From the human T2T-CHM13v2.0 reference genome, Homo sapiens, in NCBI RefSeq assembly GCF_009914755.1, contig NC_060933.1: a stretch of 64,000 nt of DNA; one strand, written 5' to 3'. Position 1 is the stretch's first letter, and each line of letters opens with the position of its first letter. Position numbers and translations under genes: made by a program. Shown piece after piece: positions 28,363-40,426 of the stretch. The notes under the pieces are model-generated. The model searched no databases. It saw only the letters and a program-made list of their open reading frames with translations, and was not told where the DNA came from.

Positions 28363-28524
28363 AAAATTACAAGATGGAAAATCTGTTTACTAGTGAATTT
28401 TCTCTAGAAAGAGAGAAAAGCCTTGGTCTCTCTAATGCAAGGAAATGGCATATTTCTCCCAGGTTGAATAAAAAGCAGGAATAACACTCAAGGATTCCTC
28501 CCTTGTACGGACAGAGGTCTTGGA

Positions 28525-30138
28525 ATAACACACAAATAGCTATTTGACATCTGGACATGACTACCTCAAAGACACTTCATTCTCCATTTGTTTGCAACCT
28601 ACTCACGGCCTTTTCTCCCAAATCTGTTTGTATTTCAAGGTTCCCTATTCCCATTCCCACTATTTATTCAGTTACACAAATCAAATCTACTGTTCTCCAT
28701 AATTCCTCTGCCTTCCCTTCCCTCATATCAAATTCATTGCCAAGTACTCTCTAATTTACCAAACAAATTCCTCTGCAAATACATCTGTTTTTCTCCATCT
28801 CCACTCCCACTCTCCTAGTCCACATTACTATACTATGTTGTCTGAGTTACTAAAATGGCATAATCCTAAATGGCTTCCCCATGTCTACTCATGTTTCCCT
28901 CCAAAATTTTTTCCACCCTGTAGCTAGAGGGAAGTTCTAAAATTCGTAACTGATCATCTTATACACACATGCACATGTGTGTGCACATCTATACACACTG
29001 CTTAAAACATTTCACAGTAGCCTTCTACTGTTCTGAGGATTAAAAAGCAACATCCTTAACACAGCTGCCAAGGCCTTGCAAACTCTGTTTCTGTCTGCCT
29101 CTCAGGTTTTCAGGTCCTTGGTCATATGGACGTACTTATATTTCTGCAAACGTGCCAGGTTTCCACCTTCCATAGAACTTTTACACATGCTACTGCCTGT
29201 CCTGGGAAGGTTTTCTCCCCACTCTATTTCTAACTAATTCTTAGTCCTCCTTCACATAGCAGTCCATTAGTCACTTTAAAAAATCATTTTTAAGTTAAAT
29301 TTATTTTTGACAGAAACATCAGAAGACTAGCAGATACGGAAAACCAGCATCGCTCACCACAAACTATGAAAGTAAATACCTAACTCTTACAGTAAGTTCT
29401 GTCCATCTGAGGGTCACCTGAATCCATCCTGTGTACCTCCACGGTACCATGTGGGGAGACAGTACTGATTGGAAGTCAGGAGGCTCAGCTTCTGAAGATT
29501 TGTGTGTCCTTAGGAATGTCATTGAGAAACCCCTGGCTTCACTCAACTGTACAATGAGCTGGCTGACCTCTCTCTAAAGAGCCCTGCTGGCCCACTGATC
29601 TGATGAAAGCTCTCTTTGTTCTGCTGACTATTCACATTGTTCCTGGAAGAATTTGGCTCCAGATGAAGAGAGAGGGACACTGTGCCCAGACTCTAGGAAT
29701 AGTGGTGAGGATTATTTTCTGGTGATTCCAAGAGCAGATGAGATTAGGGGTTCCTGCCATGAGTGTTTTAAAAGAATTCTGAATTATTAAGTGGGTCCTT
29801 TTCCCCATCATAATGTTTTGAAAAATGCCTCCCTCACTGCCTCCTTCATCAGTCACTTTTTAAGGAACACTTCCTCTGGACGCTTCATAACTATATCATA
29901 TACACCCCTATTAAATGACCTTTTTACAGCTGAAATTTTGCATTTCATTATATGATTTTTTTTAAAATAAATATTTTCCTCTCCCAATAGTTTCTAAGCT
30001 TCTGAGACCGAGGAAGTACTTGTTTTTGCTAATTAATATATTTTAGAGTGCCAGGCACATTTGTAATTTGTTGAATAAATATGAATAAATGAACAATAAT
30101 ACATGAGCAAGTGAATAAATGAGTGCATGAATGAATGG
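28525..30138 (+). mobile_element. L2 3' region, interrupted at 29278-29850
   Basis: L2 motifs 'catatcaaattcattgccaagt', 'cctaaatggcttcccc', 'ctgatcat', 'gtgccaggcacat...ttgttgaataaat...gaatgaatg'. Confidence 0.75.
29278..29850 (-). pseudogene. Orphan retrocopied 3'UTR-like fragment containing a MIR3-like core
   Basis: TSD agtcacttt (29269-29277, 29851-29859); minus-strand AATAAA at 29300-29305 followed by a short A run; L1 endonuclease site TT|AAAAA at the right flank; interrupts an L2. Confidence 0.6.
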
Positions 30139-30744
30139 TCTTCTCAAGTCATATGGTTTTGAGGAGTTAAATAGCTTTAACTTCTCCCTGAAAAAAGAAA
30201 TGAGGCAGTCCTTGGTTTTGCTGAGAGACGTAAAGGCTATATTCCCAGCACATAAGTCACAACAGAGAACCCAGGCTTCTAGAGAACAGGGAAGCAAGAT
30301 GGTAACATCCACATCCACACTGATGAGGATGACTGGCAGAAATGCCCATGCACGAGCAATAGCAGTGTGCTGTCTGTACCAGGGAGAAAATGTGCCTAAT
30401 ATTTGAATAGGATTTTTAGAGATTCATGTTCGTCAGGGATCAGGTGTATTTTTCTCAGTTGATGAGTCCCCAGGGTTCTGGAATTCCCGGGATTGCACTA
30501 GCAGAGACTTAGCCAAAGACTGCATTTGCTTCCTTACTACACTGACTGCTTATACAAAGGTATATACTATATCAGTTTCATTTATTGAGTTGCACTTCAG
30601 AGCAGTAATTTCCAAATTAGGGTCAAGAAAGAGTGAAAGTGAATAAAACAGATAGGAGAGGTGAGACAGATGAGACTCCAGGACCTTTGCTTCAAAGTAG
30701 TCACAGTCTCATCTGTTTTATATTTTGAACTTTTATAGTTTGGT

Positions 30745-30877
30745 GTGTATCACTTCCAACAAAATGTATGCTCCATGAGAGCATAAATTGTTGTCTGTTT
30801 TGTTCAGTGCTATTTTACCAACACATTAAACAGTATCTGGTGCATTAAAAACATTAAATACAGTTTTTATTGAACTA
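30745..30877 (+). mobile_element. L2a 3' tail
   Basis: 'aaatgtatgctccatgagagca...tgtctgttttgttcagtgcta...aacagtatctgg'. Confidence 0.7.
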
Positions 30878-32051
30878 ATAATCAGGGCTTTATTTAAGAA
30901 AAGATTTCGCTATTTCTTAATGTTAAGTGTTCTTAATAAAAGTACTTTTCAGAAAATGTGGATTACCACTTCTTGAAGCATTTGTCTTCATCATTTTCAT
31001 CCACCAATTTTTACAGTAAAAATCTTTTGCTGAACTCTTGTTCAGCAATCTGTACTGAATTCTTGTTCAGTACAGCAAAATACATAAACAAAATTCATGT
31101 ATCCTCTCTGTGTTTAGAATACCAATGTCCCTTGCTTTTAGTTCCATCTGTTTAAATTGCTAAAGAAAATCATCTCCTCCTGTAAGGTCTAAGATATTGT
31201 CTTCTTAAACGTGAGTTTTGACATTTCCTACTAACTTTTAGAGTTGAATAACGTTGGTGATTTGCTTTCTGATATTTGTTTGAGTGCCTACATAAAATAA
31301 TTTCATCTGAATACAACAATATGCTTCTTGTGCTAACGTGAGTAAGGCGAGCATTTTAAGAAGGCTTCTATTTAATAAAATACATATGGAACACCAATTT
31401 CACTTAATCTCCAATTCAATTTTATTGCCTTCACAGAATGCTGCTAGATCTTCCAAATATTGCTATCAAAGCCAAAAAAAATTTCCAAAGTTGGCTCACT
31501 AAATCTTTTGGATACTTCTGTGTCAGAGGAAGAAAAGGTGGTTGCAAGTCTGCTCAATTTTTATTACACTGCTAGAGGTAATGGCAATATTTAATGGATA
31601 CAAAGTATATTCTCCTTTCCACTTAATAACAGAATTAGAATTTGAGTGATTAGTGAGTTTCTAATTTATAAATACCCATGTTCCAGTTTTATTTTCTCTT
31701 AACATAAAATTTCCAAGCATATAAAAATATTAAATAGCATTGAATATGATACTATTTGCTGAAGCTTAAGTTGATGATCCTAGACTATCCTTCTAAAAAC
31801 CAAGATGTATAATTGCCTTGGTCAAATACTTAATAAATTCAATCAAATCAATAAATGGGTACACAAAATTCACAATTCACAATGAGCCAATAACTTAAAT
31901 TACTGAAATATGTCTGCATAAGTAATTAAAAACAAAAAAGAAAGGATTGTGATGAGACAGTGGCAGCAGTAGGAGAATTTGGTGTTGTTATTTCTCTCTT
32001 TGGATGCTCCTGTACAAAAACAGAGTAAATGTGATTGAAAAAAACAGAGTA

Positions 32052-32167
32052 GAGCTCCTGACCTCAGGTGATCTGCCTGCCTTGGCCTCCCAAAGTGCTG
32101 GGATTACAGGCGTGAGCTACTGGATGCCTATATTGTTGATTAATACTTGATAACCAAGTTGAAAACA
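32052..32167 (-). other. Inverted copy of the 36307-36425 segment (Alu 5' end plus unique flank)
   Basis: 'gcctatattgttgattaatacttgataaccaagttgaaaaca' is the reverse complement of 36307-36348 at 41/42 positions; the adjoining Alu piece shares the variant 'agctactg'. Confidence 0.92.
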
Positions 32168-32654
32168 TCTACAACAAAGCTAGGTGGAAAGGAATCACCA
32201 GGAATCCCAAAATACAAACAAAAGGAGACAAATCACCACTAGAGATGAGACGTAGTATCAATGACTTTGCAAAATGAAGCAGAAGACAAGGAGCTTGTAA
32301 CAGGTCTGAGAGTCTGAGAACTATCAAAATGTCATCAGCTAGAGCAGTAGCAGGTAGGAGAGGACACTGAGGCTCCAATGGGCAGGCTAGAGCAAGGAGG
32401 CCTTGAGAAGTTCTGACGGATAGTCTGAGTCTGGACCCAATAACTTCCTAACACTAATAAACTGATATATCTGCCCAAGATAACACCCCTTCCGGTGAGA
32501 AACTACGAAGAATAAAGTTCAAACTAAGCATTATTGGAATTACCATGGCAAAAAATTAAAAGTAAAATCCAAATGAAAGGGGCAAAGTAGTAGAGAAGGA
32601 AGATTTCAGAAAATACAAGGCCATGTATGAATTTATCACAGTGGATAGGAATCC

Positions 32655-33040
32655 TAGAACTGTTCTGTTGATTATGTAATTTGAACTGTAGCTAGTCCAA
32701 ATGGCGATGTGCTGTACTTATATATGTTTTTGAAAACTTAGTATGAAAAAAATATATATTGAATTAATCATTTCATATTGATTCATATAGAATATTATAT
32801 TGTTTTTATACTGATAATATATATATATTCCCTTTAATAATTTATATGGACTTTATATTAGATAATCAATAATTCTAATAATTCATCATATACAGTTTTC
32901 TATGATGTTAAAATGATAATATTATAGATATATTAGGTTAAAACATTTTAAAATTAATTTTACCTATTTATTTTTCCTTTTTTCAATGTAGACACTCAAA
33001 AATTTTGTTATATACATATTTTATTCTAAAGCAATGCCCC
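32655..33040. mobile_element. MER33-like hAT MITE
   Basis: 'gctagtccaaatggcgatgtgctgta...gaaaacttagtatgaaaaaa...tgttaaaatgataatatt...taaaattaattttacct'. Confidence 0.7.
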
Positions 33041-33444
33041 ATCAGGGACTTATTTTACTAAAAAGTGAGCAGCAGGAAAGGATGATAATTGAATCCAATA
33101 TAATATTGTGAGAGAGAGACAGAGAGAGAATGAGGAGTACATAACTCCTCTACAGACAATAAATGTGCGCCCGTAAAACACAAATGCTCACAAATTAGTT
33201 TAGAGCTGCTAAGATGCTTTTTCAAAACTAGTTGGAAAAAAGCTAATTTAAAAAATCTATGAAAGAACATAAATCACAATATAAAATTCTTAGAAATGAA
33301 GTAATTTGAGAACAGAATTTGAAAAGAAGTGAAAAGAACAAAGGAAAGGCTTAGAAATATAAGAAATCAAATCATTATGGAAAAGAAGACTAAATTAGCA
33401 GTAAGAGAAATATAAGCAAACAAAGAAAAAAATGAGAGATGGGA

Positions 33445-33828
33445 TGACAGCCCATAGAATACAAACAATATAAGAGATATCAATCAACGCAATGTATGGA
33501 CAGCATTTGGGTAACAATACAAACATCACTTAAAAAACCATGTGGAATGTAAACACTGACAAAATATTTAACATTAAGGGGGGCTGATCACTATTGGGGT
33601 GATGATTAAAAGGAGAGTTCTTGTCATTTAGAGATACATATGGAAATATTCATAGGTGAAATGGCATGATATCAAAAAATTGCTTGGGAGAGTGAGTGGG
33701 AGTTTAGAGGAAACCAGTCTGGCCATGAGCTGATCATTGTAGAAGTGAGTGATGGGTGTATGGGTGTTTACTATACTCTTCTTATTCAAACGATGTCTGA
33801 AATTTTCCATAATAAAAGGTTAAAAAAA
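33445..33828 (+). mobile_element. L1MC/ME 3' end
   Basis: 'tttagagatacata...tggccatgagctgatcattgtagaag...tgaaattttccataataaaaggttaaaaaaa'. Confidence 0.75.
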
Positions 33829-34889
33829 TCTACTTCCATTATGGATTTTAAAACACTAAAAGAAAATAAAGGTGGCTCTATACGTTGCAAAACAAAGTCA
33901 AAATAAGGGCTCCTTTTCTGTAACATTAGGTACTAAAATGAGAATTGCAGGAGGCTTCACCATAGTTGGTCAGTTTTTCCATTGATGGAACATTCCAAAT
34001 CTTTATAAACCATCTGCAGAGGAAGGATTTGGATAGATTTTCATTCCACTGTAATAACAAGACTTTTTTTGAGAAAGAATTTCAAAAAGAACAGCTTTTA
34101 TTTTGATTCTATGCATACACTGGAAACTAATTAATAAAACACTTAAAGCAATTCTCATCCCAATTACAAAATGTAGACACATGAAATAATGTAAACAATG
34201 TCCAATTATTCTGATCATATATTACATATATATAACACAACCAAAATTATTACTTTGACAGCATCTTGGTTATATGGTTATGACATAATTTTTCCAACTA
34301 CTTACTTTTTAGTAACCAGATAACCAAAGAAGAAATATTAGTAATGAAAAATTATCTTTTAATATTCAGCAATAAATATAGGAGGAAAGAGAGATGAATT
34401 AATCCAGAAAACAGTATTTTAAAAGGGAGTATTTTATTAGAGACACAAATAGTGAATTTCAAAGTTCTTGCTTTTTCTAGTTTGCTCCCATTCTTTCTAA
34501 ATTTTCTTCTTTTCTACAAGTCTATTTTATATAATTATTTTATATAATTCCTAACATTGATGTTCTTGGTGTTATAAACTTTGGGTCAAATAGCATAGGT
34601 TGCTCCAATCTCTCTTTTCATTGCATCCCACCTCTATCCTAAAGACAGACTTCTGGCCACCAAATAATTCAAACTAGAAAAACAAGATTGGTAGAGGAAA
34701 GAAAGTAATATTTCAGAGTACACTTGGTCAGATCATATGCCTTGTCCACCCCTCATGGATGTTATAATGTTATGTATAGTTAGTCTTATTTGAGCAATCC
34801 TGTGGGGTATGTAAATATGTATCTAAATTTTACTGGCAAGGAGATTATAGAATAATGTTCTCTTGGTACTTCAGTTTAACTGAACAGAC

Positions 34890-35200
34890 CTTTATCAAGC
34901 ATTTACTATTTGTGAGGCAAAGCAGATGGTGCTGAGGATTCAGAGAACAGAATATTGTACCTGCCCTCAATTTGCTCACCATTTGCTGGAAAAGACAAAC
35001 CAAAGAGGAACTGATAAAATATTAAATGATAAAATATTGATGATAAAATATTACATGAGAAGTCTTGAATGAACAAAGTGCTATGGAGAAGCAGAGCTGA
35101 TTGCTGGTTTTGCAAGGATCAGGAAGACTCCTGCGGTGAGGTGAGACATCCATGTGGGCTAAGGAGAATGGTCATGGGGTCTCACAGCGGAAGGGGGAAA
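34890..35200 (-). mobile_element. L2 fragment
   Basis: 'tttatcaagcatttactat...gtgctgaggattcagag...cctgccctc...aagtgctatggagaagcagag'. Confidence 0.6.
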
Positions 35201-35530
35201 TAACAGATCTAAGCAAAAAGAACACAATACTCCTCCCCAGTAAGGAAAATAATGAGTGAAAATAAACTACAACAGTCAAGGGCAAAAGTCCAAGAAGAAA
35301 AGTAGAAAGGAGTGACGGGATACAGAACACAAGAATACAGCTGAGGGGAAATAAAGATAAAAAAGATGGAGTCTCTTATGCTCATCTTACATGCATTTTG
35401 CACGGTCTGAGTTTTTAATCGAAGGTAAAATAAAAAACTCATTTGCACCGGTCCCTGGCTTCCTTAAGTGTGTTTAATCACCAAGTAATAAGCTTTTTTC
35501 ATAACAAGTAATATCTCTCCATTCTTCCAA

Positions 35531-35923
35531 ACATTATGGGAATTGTTAGAGTGTTACATGCTTAGGGACAAGACCAAAGTGCTCCTTCTTTAGTGCTTCT
35601 GCCACAGTGAACAATGCTTTCCTATGTGAAGCTTTGTACCTGCAATCCAGATGCCTTTCCTGTTACTACTGTGAGGTTTAACGGCATCTATATGCATTTT
35701 TATATTACAGGCTCTGAATAAGTTGAATGAGACAGACTGTGCCTCCTATCGGCTGACAGTTGTTTTTACCAACCTCTTAGACTTCAGGGCATTCTATAAA
35801 ATGTTGGAGGAATGATGCAGTAGTGGAAAGAATTATTTCAATATTAGAACAAGTGCAGTTTTTGCTGCCAACTCAACTCCCTTAATTAAAATGGAAAGCA
35901 ACAACAGTTGGCTGAGAAGCCAG
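35531..35923 (+). pseudogene. Decayed exon encoding a ZP-N-like (PLAC1/OOSP-type) domain
   Basis: Successive frames give SVTC...EALYLQSRC / FPVTTVRFNGIYMHFYITG / ALNKLNETDCASYRLTVVFTN...MLEE*CSS; strong donor CAG|GTGAGA at 35923; pyrimidine tract with presumed CAG>CAA acceptor at 35530; 393 nt. Confidence 0.45.
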
Positions 35924-36345
35924 GTGAGAACACTTTAGAGAAGACTGAGCCCCATTCGAGCCTCATGTGGATCTGGCAAAGAGAACAGTTCTGCTAGGAT
36001 CCACATGTGCAGCTCTGGCTCTCAGAAAGCCACATATGCTCTCTAGAAGAGTCAATGGAAAAAGAGCAGAGTGACTGACAGCATTTGCATTCCTATTCTC
36101 TCTTGAAAACACACTGGGTTTCACAGGCCTGCTTCTATAGTTTGGCGTTTGGAGTCTTGGATGTTGTAATTTTTAAGCACTGTCACTGAGGACCAATCAC
36201 AGAACTCATCAAGTGAAATATGCATTTCTGCATAATGAGATAGTAATGAAATAGAATCTGCATGTTTAATATTCTGGAGCTTTAAGGTACAATGATGTTG
36301 TCAGCTTGTTTTCAACTTGGTTATCAAATATTAATCAACAATATA

Positions 36346-36804
<459 letters not shown>

Positions 36805-37049
36805 TCAGACTTGTCACTCTCCCAAGTGTGTGCTGATCAGAGTCAGGAAGACAACCTGCATTCCAGTTAAGGGTGGGTGGTGGTAGTGGTTAGTGGGTGT
36901 GGGGATAGCAAGCCAAACAAAACAGAAAGTCAAGACAGCTAAGGAACATTTGAAGCTGACAGTGGTGAGCAGAATCTGGAGACAATTTGGGGATGAAGAA
37001 CAAATGTCTGAGTGTATGCAGTTTCTATGGTTATGCTCTGGATGCACTG

Positions 37050-37580
37050 AGAGATTATGCCTCCAAACAGTAAAAAATTTAGCTAACCATAATTTAAGCA
37101 AACATTCTCACATGACAAGAATTCTGGAAGTAGGCAGAATTCTGGCTTTGGTTTAGCTGCTCAGACATGGCAGAGCTCCAGGTCAATGTCTCTCATGGCC
37201 CTCTTGACATTCTTCTCATGGTTGCAGATTATTGCAGAAGCAAGTCACGTCATCACATAGCCATGTTCAAAGCCAAAGAACAAGATGATCCAGGGCAAAA
37301 AACTTATTATCAAGACAATCCCTCTAAAATCAGGAAGGGATAGAAAGCTTCCCAGAAAAGTACAACTCATCTACCAGATCAGGATGTAGGGTGGCCAACT
37401 TGACCTTATTTGCCTGGAACTTTACCAGTTTTAGCATTGGAAGTCCAAGGTGTGGTCAAAACAGATCGTTGGTCACTGTATTAGGGTCACATGGCTATCT
37501 TTGGTCCAGAGGCTTAGATCCCTTTTCCTGAAATTAAGGGCTTTCTACTCACTATCTTAATTGGTTTATCTTAACCACAG
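37050..37580 (-). mobile_element. MLT1 (J/K/L-like) LTR remnant
   Basis: 'cattctcacatgacaagaattctggaagtaggcag...ctcatggttgcaga...cttcccagaa...ggtcacatggctatc'. Confidence 0.55.
37387..37480. mobile_element. MER81 (hAT-Blackjack MITE)
   Basis: Inverted termini 'tagggtggccaac' ... 'gttggtcactgta' and internal 'ccagttttagcattggaagtcc'. Confidence 0.7.
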
Positions 37581-37604
37581 AGGAAAACATGTTTCTTTGA
37601 TAGC

Positions 37605-37788
37605 CTAGGTGCTTTCAACCTTGACTGCGCTTTCGAATAATCTGGGGGAGCTTTTGTAAAAATGCTAAGGCATGGGCCCCAATCACCATGATTTTACCTT
37701 AATTAATATGAAATATTTCTTGAGTATCAGTACTTTTTAAAAGATACTCAAGTGATTCTAATGTATATCCAGGGATGAGAAACTACTA
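37605..37788. mobile_element. MER5 (A/B) hAT MITE
   Basis: 'tcaaccttgactgc...aatctgggggagctttt...gtgattctaatgta...cagggatgagaaactact'. Confidence 0.8.
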
Positions 37789-38204
37789 GAAAAGTCAAAC
37801 AATAAGACCAACCATTGAACCAATGATTGAACCACTTGATAAAACATTCCTGGAGCAGACAATATAATTTGACATGATTGGCAAGATAATAAATCCTTAA
37901 ATGAATGTAGTACTTCATTTTTGAACATTTTTTCATATGCATTATCTTTATTGACATTCAAGGTTGGTGTTATTTCCATCTATAAATTAGAAAACGAAGC
38001 TTACTTTGTTTTTCCCTCCTTACCCACCCCACTCCTCCATTTGCTCATTGGGTTTCTCTATCATCATCACTACTTCTCCTGGCTGAGGGTGAATGAAAAG
38101 TTGCCCATGAACATGAGAATATAGGGTGTTAGAGATGAAGATGTAAGTTATAATGATATTAACAAAGCCACAGATGACTCTCCTTTTCCTAATCTTCTGG
38201 GCAG

Positions 38205-38314
38205 TGGAAATATGCCAATGCTTATAAATGGAGATAAAGGAAATTACATGAGTCTGGATCTCACATAGAGAGCTCGATTATATGTGGCAAAAGTGTGCCC
38301 ACGGGGTCTTTAAA
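38205..38314 (+). pseudogene. Candidate decayed exon
   Basis: Acceptor tccttttcctaatcttctgggcag|, donor AAA|gtaaga; Cys in several frames; stops present. Confidence 0.35.
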
Positions 38315-38509
38315 GTAAGAGTAATTGACAGTGATTTATCCAGAAATCCAGAAGACGATGAAGCCAGAGAGATAATCCATATAGTAGTTTACCAAAAGGC
38401 TATAGCTGGAAAGGTTCCAAGGATCAGATCTGAGAAATATGACTAGACTACAAATGGGATATCAACTACAATTTGGGATATAAAATGTGTGGTGGATCAG
38501 GGCAAGTGG

Positions 38510-38720
38510 TTAACATGTGCCAGTCACTATGCTAAACACCTTAAATACATTATTTCACTTAATTCTGAAAATGGTAGTAGAAATGTCACATGTAACTAGG
38601 AAAATAGAGGTTTAGAGAAGTAGAGAGAGCTAGTCAATGTCACATGACCAGTTCGTGGTGGAGCTAGGAGTCACATGCAGGCAGTTGACCCCATGATTCA
38701 TAATTTTAACTACTATGACA
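38510..38720 (-). mobile_element. MIR
   Basis: 'atgtgccagtcactatgctaaacac...ggaaaatagaggtttagagaag...gtcacatgaccagtt..gtggtggagctagga'. Confidence 0.75.
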
Positions 38721-39047
38721 TCCACTGATGTTCTCAGTATTCAGAACATCAGAAACACTAGGGTATTGATGATATAGTACTATAAGGGGTTAATTGTGTG
38801 ACCATTCAGTCAGCCTGAAGAAGCCAGGTATTACCAAGTGGTCAGCACTAGTTTTTGCATTTGTTAAAGTGAATGAGAGACAACTGAAAACTAGTCTATG
38901 TCTTCATGAGATGTTGGAAAGTAAACATTATGTGTAAGAGCCAACTAAAGTCACTTTTAAGTAATAAATTCCTATCACTTCCTGATGGTCTTAGACACTA
39001 TTATTCAGCGTAACATCAGTAGAGATGTCCTGTTCTTCCATCCACAG

Positions 39048-39086
39048 AGAGGAGGATTTCTGCTGTACCACTGAGCTGTAATACTG
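39048..39086 (+). pseudogene. Decayed 39-nt exon with CC-x4-CN-like motif
   Basis: Acceptor tcctgttcttccatccacag|, donor CTG|gtaagg; one frame EEDFCCTTEL, the next frame CNT, i.e. CCTTELCNT with a 2-nt loss. Confidence 0.55.
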
Positions 39087-39419
39087 GTAAGGGTAAAGGA
39101 AGATGGAGGCATCATTGGAAGGATCAAAGGGCAACTACCTTGATTTAGAGGAGAAAATGAAGCTGGGAGAAATGACTGTTCGATGTGCTAAAATCAGGCT
39201 CTCTTTTAGGCTCTAGAGAAAAACATTTAAAGGGAGCTCAAAGATTTTACATAGACTAGTTTGGTTTTCCAAGATAGACATGCCAAGATTTGGAACAGAA
39301 AATCCAATAGGATTGTCTTAAATTTTGCCTTTGGTTTGGGGAAAGATGTGTCACTAGTCATATTCTAAGTTACTGTTACAATGAGAAGATGTAAGGGTGA
39401 TTGCTTTAAGGGTGGCTTT

Positions 39420-39560
39420 TCAGCTAAGGGTGTGGTATACATACTTTTGACCAAACCAACTCTGATTTCTTATTCTGACTCTATTAGCTTGCTTACGACT
39501 ATTGGGCCAGCCACTTAACGATTTTGTTCTTCAGCTTTCTCATTGTAAAATAAATGTATC
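39420..39560 (+). mobile_element. MIR fragment
   Basis: 'tattctgactctattagcttgc...ttgggccagccacttaac...cttcagctttctcattgtaaaat'. Confidence 0.6.
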
Positions 39561-39987
39561 AGATATGACCCTTAATTATTTCACACTCTATAAACTATAT
39601 GTGATATGTCTTCCTACTCAATAAGCATCTTGACAGTATATAAAGCTTTAAGTGCTAGACAACTAACCATTGGACAAAAACAAATAATAGCTGTGCAGTA
39701 TTGAGAAACTGATCTAAGTGAAAGACGACACAATTGCAAATCCAACACAACTCTTCTCAACACACAGACACATACACATACTCTCCTAATGAATATTTAA
39801 AGATCTCCAAATAATAGATCAGAAAATGTATTACTTCTCCACATTTTTTCACTTATTACTCTGAAAAAAATAAGTGGAAAGTGAAACTTCATAATAAATT
39901 GGGGTGTAAAATTTAGACCAACATCATTAGGGTAAAATGTGAGCACAGCATATATTCAGAATCTAATCCAGTAGTGATTCTCAGATG

Positions 39988-40415
39988 TGTTAAAATAAAA
40001 ACTTCAGCTAAATTAAATTTAAAGGAGTTTGAGCAATGAAGGATTCGCAATTCGGGCAGCCCCCAGAATCACAGCAGATTCAGAGAGATTCCAGGGATGT
40101 CTCCTATTCAGAAAAAATTTACACACAAGAAAAGGGAAGTGATGTACAGAAATTGGTAGTGAGGTACAGAAACAGCTGGATTGGTTACAGTTTGGCATTT
40201 GCCATGTTTGAACACAGTTTGAACATTCAGCAGTGTATGACTGGTAGAAGTATGGCTGCTGGGATTGGTCAAGACTCGGCTACCGTTACAGGTGCATACT
40301 CCTAAGTTAGGTTTTCAGTCTTGTCTGCCTCTTAAGTTAGGTGACAGTCCATCCACAAGTACCCAAATACAGAAGTATGGAGTCCTTCTCAGGCCATTTT
40401 TAGTTCACTTTAACA
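39988..40415 (-). mobile_element. MER57 (ERV1) solo LTR
   Basis: 'ggagtccttctcaggccatttttagttcactttaaca' is the reverse complement of the MER57 5' end; TG...CA termini; TSD approximately gatg/aatg. Confidence 0.88.
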
Positions 40416-40426
40416 AATGGGTGGCT

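Larger units (their letters stand above)
31950..33440 (+). mobile_element. Ancient LINE (HAL1/L1ME-type) 5'/ORF1 remnant
   Basis: 'aaaaacagag...aacatctacaacaaagctaggtg...cccaaaatacaa' 5' motif and A-rich ORF1-like sequence; family assigned from memory. Confidence 0.4.

Noticed and set aside
29314-29391. + strand exon-like segment (tttttgacag| ... |gtaagt)
   Set aside because: The T-tract is better explained as the antisense poly(A) signal and tail of the retrocopied insert.
35711-35760. Ig-like 'LNETDCASYRLTV' motif
   Set aside because: No upstream Ig Cys/Trp pattern; the surrounding frames fit a ZP-N layout better.
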